Shown: positions 39,027 to 48,448 of the stretch, one piece after another
How positions within the stretch are numbered: the stretch's first letter is position 1
Layout of the letters: every line of letters begins with the position of its first letter
DNA from: Candidatus Geohabitans tengchongensis
GTDB lineage: Bacteria; Sysuimicrobiota; Sysuimicrobiia; Sysuimicrobiales; Humicultoraceae
Assembly: GCA_031459625.1 (NCBI GenBank)
Contig: JAVKIH010000002.1
Coordinates: 252,061 to 316,060 of the forward strand
Direction of reading: 5' to 3'
DNA length: 64,000 nucleotides
Notes under the pieces: generated by a model
The model's input: only the letters and a program-made list of their open reading frames with translations
Told to the model about the DNA's origin: nothing
Database searches by the model: none
Position numbers and translations under genes: made by a program

Positions 39027-39952
39027 CAGTCGTAGCGGATGCGTGGGTCGAGGTAGCCGTAGAGCAGGTCGACGGCCAGGTTGACCACGACGTAGACCGT
39101 GGCGATGAAGAGCACCCCGCCCTGGACGACGGGGAAGTCCCGGCTCTGGATGCCCTGGAGCAGCAGCAGCCCCAGGCCCCGGCGAGCGAACACCGACTCG
39201 ACGATCACCGTCCCGGCCAGGAGCCCGCCGAACTGGAGCCCGACGATGGTCACCACGGGGATGAGGGCATTCCGCAGCGCGTGGTGCGTAATCACGCTCC
39301 ACGGCCTCAACCCCTTCGCCCGGGCGGTGCGCACGTAATCCTCCTGGAACACCTCCACCAGGCTGCTGCGGACCATGCGGGCAATGATCGCGGCCGCGCC
39401 AAACCCCAGCGTCCCCGCCGGGAGGACCAGGCCCGCAAGGCCGGGCAGGCTCGTGACGGGCAGCACGCCCAACCAGATGGCGAAGACGTAGATGAGCAGG
39501 AAGCCCAGCCAGAAGGACGGCATCGACACCCCCAGCAGCGCCACGACCATCGTGAGGTTGTCCAGCAGCCGGCCGCGGTGGAGGGCGGCCAGGACCCCCA
39601 GGGTCGTTCCGAGCAGGATGGCGCACCCCATCGCCGCGACGGCGAGCTGGAGGGTCAGCGGGAACCGTTCCAGGATGAGATCGGTCACCGGGTGGTTGCC
39701 CCAGATCGACCGGCCGAGGTCGCCTCGCAGCAGGCGGAGGAGAAACCGGCCATACTGCACCGGCAGGGGCTCCTTGAGGCCCAACCGCTCCCGAACCGCC
39801 TCCACCTGCTCCGCCGTCGCCCCGCCGCTCTCCACGAACATCGCCAGCACGGGGTCCCCCGGGACGAAGTGCAGCATCGAGAAGGTGAACAGGGTGACCC
39901 CCAGCAGGACCGGGACGGCCGTCAGCGCACGCCGGAGGACGTACGTGGCCAT
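39026..39952 (-). CDS. Peptide/nickel ABC transporter permease (DppB/OppB-like)
   Basis: PGDP, GDLGRS, DYVRTARAKGL, HALRNALIP. Confidence 0.93.
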   Translation of the reverse strand: MATYVLRRALTAVPVLLGVTLFTFSMLHFVPGDPVLAMFVESGGATAEQVEAVRERLGLKEPLPVQYGRFLLRLLRGDLGRSIWGNHPVTDLILERFPLTLQLAVAAMGCAILLGTTLGVLAALHRGRLLDNLTMVVALLGVSMPSFWLGFLLIYVFAIWLGVLPVTSLPGLAGLVLPAGTLGFGAAAIIARMVRSSLVEVFQEDYVRTARAKGLRPWSVITHHALRNALIPVVTIVGLQFGGLLAGTVIVESVFARRGLGLLLLQGIQSRDFPVVQGGVLFIATVYVVVNLAVDLLYGYLDPRIRYD

Positions 39953-39982
39953 GCGCGCCTCAGGCGCGGGGGCAGCCGGCGC

Positions 39983-41614
39983 CTACCGCAGCCGCGTGGG
40001 GTAGAAGTACGGAAATGCCACCTCGTTGAACGTCAAGTTCTCCACGGTGGTCCGCACGCCGAAGACGTAGTCCTCCTCCCACCCCATCACGCCGACGGCA
40101 TTCACCAGGATGATGCGCATGGCCCCGATGAGGTTGCGCCACCGGGTCTCGGGATCGGCCGAGGCCAGGGCCGTGTCGAGCAGGCGGTCGAGCTCGGGGG
40201 AGGTGAAGCCGTACCAGTTGTAGACGGAACCGCTCCGGAAGAACGACGCCAGGATGCCGGCGCTCTCGTAGCCGGAGTCGCTGATGATGGTGGCGTCGAA
40301 GTCCCCCTTGCTGACGCTGCCGATCCAGAAGTTGAAGTCGCCGATGCGGAAGCGCAGCTCGATCCCGGCCTGGCGCAGCATCGCCTGCAGCGGCTCCGAC
40401 TCGCGCACCGTGACGCCTTCGGGGATGACGTGTTCCAGCACCAGACGCTCCGTCCCCCGCACCCGGATCCCGTCGGGGCCGGGCCGCCACCCGGCCTCCT
40501 CGAGCAGCTGCTTGGCGCGGTCAAGATTGTACTCATAGTCCACCGGCTGGAGCTGGCTCCGGTACAGGTTCCGGAAGGCCTGGGGGACCATGTTGATGGG
40601 GAGCGGCCCGAGCCCCGGACGCCCGGTGCCTCCCCACGTGGGCAGCCGCATGAGCAGGGGTCGGTTGATCGCGTGGTTGATGGCCCGTCGCACCCGCAGG
40701 TCCGCAGTCGGGCCCCGTCGGGTGTTCAGCAGCAGCATGCGCGCCGTCCCCGCCTTCGGCACCAGCACGATGCGCACGCCCGGTTTGCCCCGCAGCACGG
40801 CGATGTCCGGCGGGGTGACCTGCGCGCTGGTCGCCTGGCCGGTCTCCACGGCCGCCGCCCGGGTACCGGCCTCGGGGACCTGGCGGTAGATGACCCGTTC
40901 CACGAATGCCGGGCCGGTGTGGCCGAACACCCGCGCCCCCCAGCGGTAGTCCGGGTTCCGCTCCAGCACGGCGTCACCCCCGCGCGCCCAGCTCACGAGC
41001 CGGAACGGCCCGGTGCCGACCAGCTCCCGTGCCCCGTAGTCGTCGCCCAGCCGGCGCAGGGCCGCCGGGGAGTCAATCCCCAACCCCCCGTCGCTGAGGT
41101 ACGTGAGGAACCCCCCGTGGGGCTCCCGGAAGATGACGCGCACCGTGAACTCATCCACCACCTCGGTGCGAATGTACCGGGGCCCGCCCATGGCCAGGTA
41201 GCGGAACCCGCGCCGCGGTCGGTCGGGCGACATGGTCCACTCGAAGTTGAACCGGACCGCCTCCGCGTTGAACGGCGTCCCGTCGTGGAACCGGACCCCG
41301 CGGCGAAGGCGGAAGGTGTAGATCCGCCCGCCGGCGGTGATCTCCCACGACTCCGCCAGCCAGGGATGGATCGTCCCGTCGGCGGGGTTCACCGCGACGA
41401 GGTTGTCCAGCACGTGGCGAGCCACCATGCGGCAGGGCGTGTTGTTGGACAGGTGCTGGTTCAGGGTGTCGGCACAGACGGTGGCCTGCGCGTGGATCAG
41501 GGTCCCGCGGGCATCCTGGGCCCGGCCCGCCACCCGCAGCCCCCCCACCAGGAGGACCGCCACCACCCCGGCCAGCGCCCACCGGCGCCCCAGGCGCCTG
41601 TGATCTGCCATCAC
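39983..41614 (-). CDS. ABC transporter substrate-binding protein, family 5
   Basis: PWLAESWE, FRLRRGVRFHDGTPFNAEAV, GTGPF, VRRAINHAINR. Confidence 0.93.
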   Translation of the reverse strand: MMADHRRLGRRWALAGVVAVLLVGGLRVAGRAQDARGTLIHAQATVCADTLNQHLSNNTPCRMVARHVLDNLVAVNPADGTIHPWLAESWEITAGGRIYTFRLRRGVRFHDGTPFNAEAVRFNFEWTMSPDRPRRGFRYLAMGGPRYIRTEVVDEFTVRVIFREPHGGFLTYLSDGGLGIDSPAALRRLGDDYGARELVGTGPFRLVSWARGGDAVLERNPDYRWGARVFGHTGPAFVERVIYRQVPEAGTRAAAVETGQATSAQVTPPDIAVLRGKPGVRIVLVPKAGTARMLLLNTRRGPTADLRVRRAINHAINRPLLMRLPTWGGTGRPGLGPLPINMVPQAFRNLYRSQLQPVDYEYNLDRAKQLLEEAGWRPGPDGIRVRGTERLVLEHVIPEGVTVRESEPLQAMLRQAGIELRFRIGDFNFWIGSVSKGDFDATIISDSGYESAGILASFFRSGSVYNWYGFTSPELDRLLDTALASADPETRWRNLIGAMRIILVNAVGVMGWEEDYVFGVRTTVENLTFNEVAFPYFYPTRLR

Positions 41615-41642
41615 CTTCCACCTCCTCCGTCCGCTCCGGCGT

Positions 41643-42536
41643 TCAGCTCCGCGGCACCTTTGGGTCGAGCGCGTCCCGCAACCCGTCCCCGAGCAGGTTC
41701 ATCCCGAGCACCGTGACCATGATGGCCAGTCCGGGAAAGGTGGTGATCCACCAGGCCTGGCGCAGGTAGGCCCGCCCGAACGACAGCATCGCGCCCCACT
41801 CCGGCGTCGGGGGCTGAGCGCCCAGCCCGAGAAAGGACAGGCCCGACGCGGCCAGGATCGCGGAGGCCAGGCCCAGGGTGGCCAGGACGATGACGGACGG
41901 CAGGACGTTGGGCAGTATGTACCGCCAGATGATCCGGCCGGGCGTGCAGCCGATCGCCCGGGCGCCCGTCACATAGTCCATGGCGCGGATCGCCAGGGTC
42001 TGGCCCCGTGTCACGCGGGTGAAGGACGGCGTCGCGGCAATGCCTACCGCCAGCATGACGTTGTACAGCCCGGGCCCCAGCACGGCCACGATGGCCAGCG
42101 CGAGCAGGATGCCCGGAAACGCCAGCATGAGGTCCATGATCCGGAGGATGACGTCGTCCAGCCATCCCCCGTAGAAGCCGCTGACCAGGCCGAGGGTCAC
42201 CCCCGCCGTCCCGCCAATACCGACGGAGATGAGACCGACGCTGAGCGAGAGGCGGGAACCGTAGATCACCCGGCTGAGGACGTCCCGTCCCACCTCATCG
42301 GTCCCGAAGGGATGCTCCCGGGAGGGCGGCTGGAGGGGCTGGAGGAGGTCCTGGAACGTCGGGTCGTAGGGGGCGAGCCATGGAGCCCCCAGCGCCACAC
42401 CCCCGGCAACGGCCAGCAGCGTCAGCCCGGCCATCGCCCCGCGGTTGCGGGCCAGCTGTGCCCGAACGATGGAGCCATAGGTGCGAGACCGTTCGGCTGC
42501 CGGCAGCTGGGGCAACGCGGTCACTCGGGTGCTCAT
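41643..42536 (-). CDS. Peptide/nickel ABC transporter permease (DppC/OppC-like)
   Basis: HPFGTDEVGRD, LSFLGLG..PPTPEWG, GDGLRDALDP. Confidence 0.94.
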   Translation of the reverse strand: MSTRVTALPQLPAAERSRTYGSIVRAQLARNRGAMAGLTLLAVAGGVALGAPWLAPYDPTFQDLLQPLQPPSREHPFGTDEVGRDVLSRVIYGSRLSLSVGLISVGIGGTAGVTLGLVSGFYGGWLDDVILRIMDLMLAFPGILLALAIVAVLGPGLYNVMLAVGIAATPSFTRVTRGQTLAIRAMDYVTGARAIGCTPGRIIWRYILPNVLPSVIVLATLGLASAILAASGLSFLGLGAQPPTPEWGAMLSFGRAYLRQAWWITTFPGLAIMVTVLGMNLLGDGLRDALDPKVPRS

Positions 42537-42561
42537 ACGACGGCCTCGTCCAGGCGCTCGT

Positions 42562-43701
42562 TCACTCGATCACCGCCAGGGCGCGCGGCGCCTGCGTCAG
42601 GGGCACGGCGCTGTCGGGTGTGACCACCACAACGTCTTCCACCCGGCAGGCGTAGCCGTTGGGCACGCGGCTCGACGGCTCCACCGTGAACGTCATAGCC
42701 TCCCGCAGCACCGTGCGGTCCCCGGTCTCCAGGTAGGGCGGCTCGTGCACGGTCACGCCGATGCCGTGGCCCAGCCGGTGCGTGAAGTAGTCGCCGTACC
42801 CGGCTTCGCGGAGCACGTCCCGCGCGGTGCGGTCGGCATCCTCGGCCGTGATGTCCCCGGCCCGCATGGCGGCCATCGCCGCGCGCTGGGCCTCCAGGAC
42901 CGCGTCGAACATGGCGGCGACCTCCTGGGGCGGACTCCCCAGGAAGGCCGTCCGGCCGAAGTCCGAGCAGTACTCCTCGTACACGCAGCCGAAGTCGAAC
43001 GTGATGGCGTCCCCGGGGGCGAGGCGGCGCTGGCCGTGCCGGGTCGTGGGGAGGCGGTCACTGTTGGGCCGGGTGAACCGCACGCCGGTGACGAAGGCCG
43101 GGTAGTCGGCGCCGTGCTGGGCGAACTGGTAGTCGATCTCGTGGGCCACGTCGAGCTCGCGCACGCCTTCGCGGAGGACCTTCAGGATCGCCATGTACAC
43201 GGCATCGGCCACCGCCGCCGCCCGCCGCATCACCTCCAGCTCGTCGGCCGTCTTGATCATCCGGAGGGGGGCGATGAGCCGACTCGCCGGCACCAGCTGA
43301 AGGCCAGCGGCGCGCAGGGCCTCGACCGTCGGCACCCAGGCCCGGTCGTCGACGGCGACGCGCCGCGCCCCGGGAGCGACCCGGTGGAGGACATCCCCCA
43401 TGACGGAGGCGGGATCCTCCCCCTCGAGGACGACCCGGACGTCGGAAATCCAGGGTTTGCCCCGGGCCTGGTGCAGGAAGAACTCGGAACCCATGCGCGG
43501 CACCACCAGCACGAGGCGTTCGAGTCCGACGTAGGCGCCCTCGATCCAGTCGGCGTAGGCGTTGGTGTCGGTGGCGTGGGGCTGCTGCCGCCGGACGCCA
43601 GTGAGGTAGGCGAGATTCGCCCCGGGGCGCAAGTACAGGGCGTCGACGGGCTCGCCTGCCATGGCCTGCCGGACTGCCTGAAGGCGTGGCCGGATCTCCA
43701 C
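42562..43701 (-). CDS. M24 family Xaa-Pro peptidase
   Basis: RMIKT, DFG...YCSD, HRLGHGIG, HEPP, TVEP, RVED. Confidence 0.92.
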   Translation of the reverse strand: MEIRPRLQAVRQAMAGEPVDALYLRPGANLAYLTGVRRQQPHATDTNAYADWIEGAYVGLERLVLVVPRMGSEFFLHQARGKPWISDVRVVLEGEDPASVMGDVLHRVAPGARRVAVDDRAWVPTVEALRAAGLQLVPASRLIAPLRMIKTADELEVMRRAAAVADAVYMAILKVLREGVRELDVAHEIDYQFAQHGADYPAFVTGVRFTRPNSDRLPTTRHGQRRLAPGDAITFDFGCVYEEYCSDFGRTAFLGSPPQEVAAMFDAVLEAQRAAMAAMRAGDITAEDADRTARDVLREAGYGDYFTHRLGHGIGVTVHEPPYLETGDRTVLREAMTFTVEPSSRVPNGYACRVEDVVVVTPDSAVPLTQAPRALAVIE

Positions 43702-43780
43702 TCTCCCGCTCCCCGTCGGCTGACCGTGCGCCGCGGTGCGGCGCCTTGAGCATACGACCAGGAGTCTACTGGGCCGCGTC

Positions 43781-43819
43781 GTATAATGACTAATACTATC
43801 TCCTGATAGCCGGTATCAC
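43781..43819. promoter_or_regulatory. Divergent promoter region with LysR-type operator-like dyads
   Basis: AT-rich; TATAAT at 43782; overlapping dyads CTATC-N4-GATAG and TGATA-N5-TATCA. Confidence 0.55.
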
Positions 43820-43827
43820 TTTACCTG

Positions 43828-44895
43828 ATGGCCGTTACCGCCGGTGGGCCGTTCAACCTGCAGCGCCTCTGGACGTTTCGCCGGGTGGCGCAGGAGGGGA
43901 GCATGACGCGAGCGGCCGCCGCCCTGTTCCTCTCCCAGCCGGCCGTGTCGGCCCAGATCAAGGCCCTGGAACGGGAGGTCGGGCATCGCCTGTTCCGACG
44001 CGGCGGACGAGGAGTGGAACTGACACCCGCCGGTCGAGAACTGATCACACACGTCGAGCGGGGCCTGGCTGCCATTGAGCGCGGTCTCGCCGCGGTGCGG
44101 GGACGGCCGACGACTGAGACCCTGGCCGTGGGCACGGTGGTCTCGGTCAGCCTCGACATGCTCCCGGCCCTCCTCGACCGGTTCCACGCACGCCACCCTG
44201 AGGTGCGCGTGACGATGCGCACCGGCCATTCCCGCGATGTCGCCCGGATGGTGCTCGACGGATCCGTTCATGTAGGGTTCGTGGTCGCTCGACCGGACCA
44301 CCAGAACCTCTCCAGCCGGTTGATCCTGGAGGATCCGGTCATCCTGGTCGGCCCGCCGACACACCACCTGGCTGGTCAGCGGATCCCGCTGGCCGCACTG
44401 CGTTGCGAACTCGTGCTCCTGGCGCGGTGGGGCGAAGGGTTCGAGCATCTCCAGGAGGCGTTGCGGGCGCGGCTGGGCGAGGAGTTCTCGCCCGCGGTCC
44501 AGGTGGACCCCGCCGAGGCGGCCAAACGCATGGTCCTCCAGGGCGTCGGGCTGACGTTTCTCGGGGAGAGCATGGCCTGCCACGAGCTCCGGACCGGTCA
44601 GCTGGCGCGCATCGAGGTGGCGGACCTGCCCCCCCTGTACCGACGGGTGTACGTCATCTGGCGAGGGGAGGCCCGGGAGGCGTCCGCCAGGGACAGGTTC
44701 CTCGCAACGCTGTGGGGTGAAGCAGGGACGGTGCCGACTACCCTCCCGGCAAGGGTGGCGGCAACCGTCGGAAGGCGACGGCCGCCGCACCCACCAGCCC
44801 GGCCTCCTCGCCCAGCGCTGCCGGCACCAGGCGCACCGCCTCCAGCGGCCGGGCGAACGCCCGCTCCCGAGCGGCCCGCCAGAGCGGGGCCATGA
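43828..44895 (+). CDS. LysR family transcriptional regulator
   Basis: GSMTRAAAALFLSQPAVSAQIKALEREVG..LF.R; 3' end overlaps the ROK gene by 158 nt. Confidence 0.92.
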   Translation: MAVTAGGPFNLQRLWTFRRVAQEGSMTRAAAALFLSQPAVSAQIKALEREVGHRLFRRGGRGVELTPAGRELITHVERGLAAIERGLAAVRGRPTTETLAVGTVVSVSLDMLPALLDRFHARHPEVRVTMRTGHSRDVARMVLDGSVHVGFVVARPDHQNLSSRLILEDPVILVGPPTHHLAGQRIPLAALRCELVLLARWGEGFEHLQEALRARLGEEFSPAVQVDPAEAAKRMVLQGVGLTFLGESMACHELRTGQLARIEVADLPPLYRRVYVIWRGEAREASARDRFLATLWGEAGTVPTTLPARVAATVGRRRPPHPPARPPRPALPAPGAPPPAAGRTPAPERPARAGP

Positions 44896-45712
44896 TCAGG
44901 TCCCCGGCCTGCATCACCCCGCCCCCCAGGATGATGAGCGGCGGGTTGAGCAGGTTCACCAGCGAGGCCACGGCGGCACCGAGCGCGGTCCCGGCCCGCT
45001 CGTAGATCGCCCGGGCCACGGGGTCGCCGGCGCGGGCGGCCTCGGCCACCGTGCGGGCGGAGAGCTCCTCGGGAGGGAGCTCTCGTAGCGAGGTGGCCTC
45101 GCCCCGGGCCAGGGCTTCCCGTGCCGCGCGGGCGATTGCCCGTCCCGAGGCCAGCCCCTCCAGGTGACCCGGCTGCCCGCAGAAGCACGGGGGACCATCG
45201 AGGGCCACGGTCATGTGCCCGACCTCGCCGGCCGTCCCGCTCACCCCGCTGTAGAGCTCCCCGCCCAGGATCAGTCCGCCGCCCACCCCGGTGCTCACGG
45301 TGATGTAGACCAGGTCCGTCACACCCCGGCCCGCCCCCACCCAGGCCTCTCCCAGGGCCGCGGCGTTGGCGTCGTTCTCCACGGCCGCGGGCAGGCCCAG
45401 GCGCTCCTCGAGCAGCGCCCGCAGCGGCACGTCGCGCCACCCCACCAGGTTGGGCGGCTCGAAGACGACCCCGCTGCGCGGGTCGAGGGGGCCGGGCGCC
45501 CCGGCGGCGACACCCACCAGCGCCTCCCGGGTGACGGCCGCCTCCGCCAGGACGTGGGCGGCCGCCCCGGCCACCGCGGCCACCACCGCGTCCGGTCCGC
45601 CGGTGGGGGTGGGGAGTGTGCGGTGGGCCAGGACGCGCCCGTCGCCACCGACCACCCCGACCCGGGTCCGGGTGCCCCCGATGTCCACCGCCAGCGCCGC
45701 CCGGGCTGCCAT
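44738..45712 (-). CDS. ROK family sugar kinase (glucokinase-like)
   Basis: VDIGGT, ENDANAAALGE, STGVGGG, GEVGH, CFCG..GHLE. Confidence 0.92.
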   Translation of the reverse strand: MAARAALAVDIGGTRTRVGVVGGDGRVLAHRTLPTPTGGPDAVVAAVAGAAAHVLAEAAVTREALVGVAAGAPGPLDPRSGVVFEPPNLVGWRDVPLRALLEERLGLPAAVENDANAAALGEAWVGAGRGVTDLVYITVSTGVGGGLILGGELYSGVSGTAGEVGHMTVALDGPPCFCGQPGHLEGLASGRAIARAAREALARGEATSLRELPPEELSARTVAEAARAGDPVARAIYERAGTALGAAVASLVNLLNPPLIILGGGVMQAGDLIMAPLWRAARERAFARPLEAVRLVPAALGEEAGLVGAAAVAFRRLPPPLPGG

Positions 45713-45827
45713 GGCCGCTCCTCACCCTGTCGCGCCCCACCCTGCCGGACGCCCGTCGCGGACGCGCCGACAGGAGGCTCGCGGCGTCCTGTGCAATTGT
45801 ACCGGCAGAGTTCCCGGGAGGTGGGCC

Positions 45828-46727
45828 ATGCCGTTCGTGGGGACGAGCGCCATCCTGCTCATCGCCGTCGTCCTCGTCGGCTTCCTGATCCTGTACAACG
45901 CCATCAAGATCGTCCGCGAGTACCAGCGCCTGGTGGTCTTCCGCCTGGGCCGCTCCATCGGCAGCAAGGGCCCGGGCATCGTCTTCCTCATCCCCCTGGT
46001 GGACCGCGCCGTCTGGGTGGACCTGCGCGAGTTCTTCCTGGAGATCCCCAGCCAGACGACCATCACCAAGGACAACGCCCCCATCAACATCGACTTCCTG
46101 ATCTACTTCAAGGTGCTGAACCCCGAGATGTCGGTGATCCAGGTGCAGGACTTTGCGGGGGCGGCGCGGGGGATCGCCACCACCACCCTGCGCGCCGTCA
46201 TCGGCGACATCATGCTCGACGACGTGCTGGCCCGGCGCGAGCAGATCAACCAGGTGCTGCGGGCCAAGCTGGACGAGGTCACCGAGCGCTGGGGCGTGAA
46301 GGTCACCACGGTGGAGATCCGCGAGATCCTGCCGCCGCGCGAGGTCCAGGAGGCGATGACCCGGCAGATGTCGGCGGAGCGCAGCCGGCGCGCGCTGGTC
46401 ACGGAGGCGGACGGCAAGCGCGAGGCGGCCATCAAGGTAGCGGAAGGGGAGAAGCAGGCGGCGATCCTCAAGGCGGAGGGCGACCGCCAGGCGGCCATCC
46501 TGCGCGCCGAGGGGTTTGCGCTGGCGCTGGACAAGATCTTCGCCGTGGCCCAGAACGTCGACAGCAAGACGATGGCCCTGCAGTACCTGGAGGCCCTCAA
46601 GGCGCTCGGCGCCAGCCCGGCCACGAAGTTCATCTTCCCCCTGGAATTCTCCCGGCTGCTGGGGCCGCTCGGGGACATGGCGGGGCAGGCCTTCGGGCGC
46701 CCGCCCGGCGAGGAGCGGTCGTCGTAG
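45828..46727 (+). CDS. SPFH/Band 7 (stomatin-like) protein
   Basis: N-terminal TM; VVFRLG, ITKDN, TTLRAVIG, WGVKV, AEG repeats. Confidence 0.93.
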   Translation: MPFVGTSAILLIAVVLVGFLILYNAIKIVREYQRLVVFRLGRSIGSKGPGIVFLIPLVDRAVWVDLREFFLEIPSQTTITKDNAPINIDFLIYFKVLNPEMSVIQVQDFAGAARGIATTTLRAVIGDIMLDDVLARREQINQVLRAKLDEVTERWGVKVTTVEIREILPPREVQEAMTRQMSAERSRRALVTEADGKREAAIKVAEGEKQAAILKAEGDRQAAILRAEGFALALDKIFAVAQNVDSKTMALQYLEALKALGASPATKFIFPLEFSRLLGPLGDMAGQAFGRPPGEERSS

Positions 46728-46805
46728 CGGCCCGGCGACGCGGCCGACGGTCGGCCTGACCTGACGGCGGAGCCCCCGTCGGCAGGCGGCGACGCGGGGC
46801 TGCGC

Positions 46806-48017
46806 TCAGCCCTCCGCGCCCGCGTCGGGTTCGGGGACCTGCCGGAGGGTGCGCACCGGTGAGCCGAGGACCCAGAGGAAAGGCGTCAGCGAGCCCAGCA
46901 CTCCCACGAGCACCGCGGCGCGCAGCCCCAACCCCTCGCCGAGCGCGCCCCCGACCAGGCTGCCGAGCGGAATGGTCCCCCAGACCAGGAAGCGCATCGT
47001 GGCGTTCAGCCGTCCCTGCAGGCGCTGCGGGACGATGGCCTGGCGCAGCGAGACCTGGTTGACGTTGTAGATCAGGCCGCCGGCGCTGCCCACGAAGCCT
47101 CCCGCCACCAGCAACGGCGCGGCGGTGGCCGGGGTCGCCACCAGGAGCGGCAGGAAGTACGCGCCGAACAGCGCGGCGCTCCCCACGATCGTCGGGCCGA
47201 CGCCGAAGCGCCGCGCCAGCCGTCCCGCCAGCGTCGCCCCCACGAGGCCGCCGGTATTCCCCACACCGAAGATCAGGCCGAGCGTGGCGGGAGAGAGCCC
47301 CAGCACACCCGTGGCGTAGAGGATGAAGAGCGCTCCCACCGCCGAGGAGAAGAAGTTCGAGGTCCCGGTGGTGGCCGCGATGGCCCGCAGCAAGCGGTGG
47401 CCGACCACCACCGCCAGCCCCTCGCGGATCTCCGTCAGCACCGGGCGCCGGTTCGCCGGATCCGGAGGGTCCTCAGGCCGACGGATGCGCGCCAGGAGCC
47501 CTCCGGACACGAGGTAGGAGAGGGCGTCGAGGACGAGGGCGAAGGGCGCGGTGAGGACCTCGATCACCACGCCGGCGATCCCGGGGCTGGCGATCTGGGC
47601 CAGCGAGCGGGTGGCCTCGAGCTTGCTGTTGCCCTCGACGAGCTGGCGGCGGTCCACCAGGGACGGGAGATACGCCTGGTAGGCGACGTCGAAGAAGACC
47701 GTGCACACCCCCACGAGGAAGCCCACGACGTAGAGCTGGCCCATCCCCAGGGCGCCGGCGACCGCCGCCGCGGGGATGGTGAGGAGCAGTGCCGCCCGGG
47801 CCACGTCGCCGGCGACGAGCACGGGGCGCCGGCGCACCCGGTCGACCCAGACGCCGGCGACGAGGCCGACCAGGAGGAATGGGGCGAACTCCGCCGCCCC
47901 CAGGATCCCCATCTGCGCGGGGGTGGCCTGCAGGGTGGTGGCGGCGATGAGCGGCAGGGCGAGCTGGGTGAAGCCGCTGCCGAAGACGGAGATGGTCTGC
48001 GCCACCCACAGGCGCAT
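46806..48017 (-). CDS. MFS transporter (true start may be upstream, CTG at 48074)
   Basis: GVWVDRVRRRPVL, FFDVAYQAYLP, about 12 TM; in-frame LWRHGDF precedes the ATG. Confidence 0.88.
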   Translation of the reverse strand: MRLWVAQTISVFGSGFTQLALPLIAATTLQATPAQMGILGAAEFAPFLLVGLVAGVWVDRVRRRPVLVAGDVARAALLLTIPAAAVAGALGMGQLYVVGFLVGVCTVFFDVAYQAYLPSLVDRRQLVEGNSKLEATRSLAQIASPGIAGVVIEVLTAPFALVLDALSYLVSGGLLARIRRPEDPPDPANRRPVLTEIREGLAVVVGHRLLRAIAATTGTSNFFSSAVGALFILYATGVLGLSPATLGLIFGVGNTGGLVGATLAGRLARRFGVGPTIVGSAALFGAYFLPLLVATPATAAPLLVAGGFVGSAGGLIYNVNQVSLRQAIVPQRLQGRLNATMRFLVWGTIPLGSLVGGALGEGLGLRAAVLVGVLGSLTPFLWVLGSPVRTLRQVPEPDAGAEG

Positions 48018-48079
48018 GAAGTCCCCGTGGCGCCACAGCGTGGGGGCAGGGGGGAGCGCCTGGCTGTCTTCCAGCGCTC

Positions 48080-48448
48080 CTACTCCACGGTGATCTCGAC
48101 GTGGGTGCCGTCTGGCGCGGTCACGTCGACGAGCTTGCCGGCCACGTCGCCGTTGCGGATGGCGGCGACGAGGCGGGCCAGGTCGAGGGGTTCGCCGCCG
48201 GCCCGGAGCTGCACGCCCCGGGGGAGGACGCGCAGGACCAGGTCGGCCAGGGCGGTGGGCACGGCCAGGTTGACCCGCTCGCCGGCGGCACCGCGCACCA
48301 TGACGCGGATCAGGCGCGCGCGGCCGCCCGGGCCCTCGCGCGGCGTCTCCAGCGCGTCCAGGAGCTGCTCGGCCTCCTCGGGTGAGAGCTTCCCCTCCCG
48401 GACCATCTCCAGGATGCGCCGACGCTCCTCCACGACGGACCGCGCCAC
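48080..48448 (-). CDS. SHOCT-like domain protein
   Basis: EERRRILEMVREGKLSPEEAEQLLDAL; C-terminal VNLAVP...LVDV..DG..VEI. Confidence 0.82.
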   Translation of the reverse strand: MARSVVEERRRILEMVREGKLSPEEAEQLLDALETPREGPGGRARLIRVMVRGAAGERVNLAVPTALADLVLRVLPRGVQLRAGGEPLDLARLVAAIRNGDVAGKLVDVTAPDGTHVEITVE

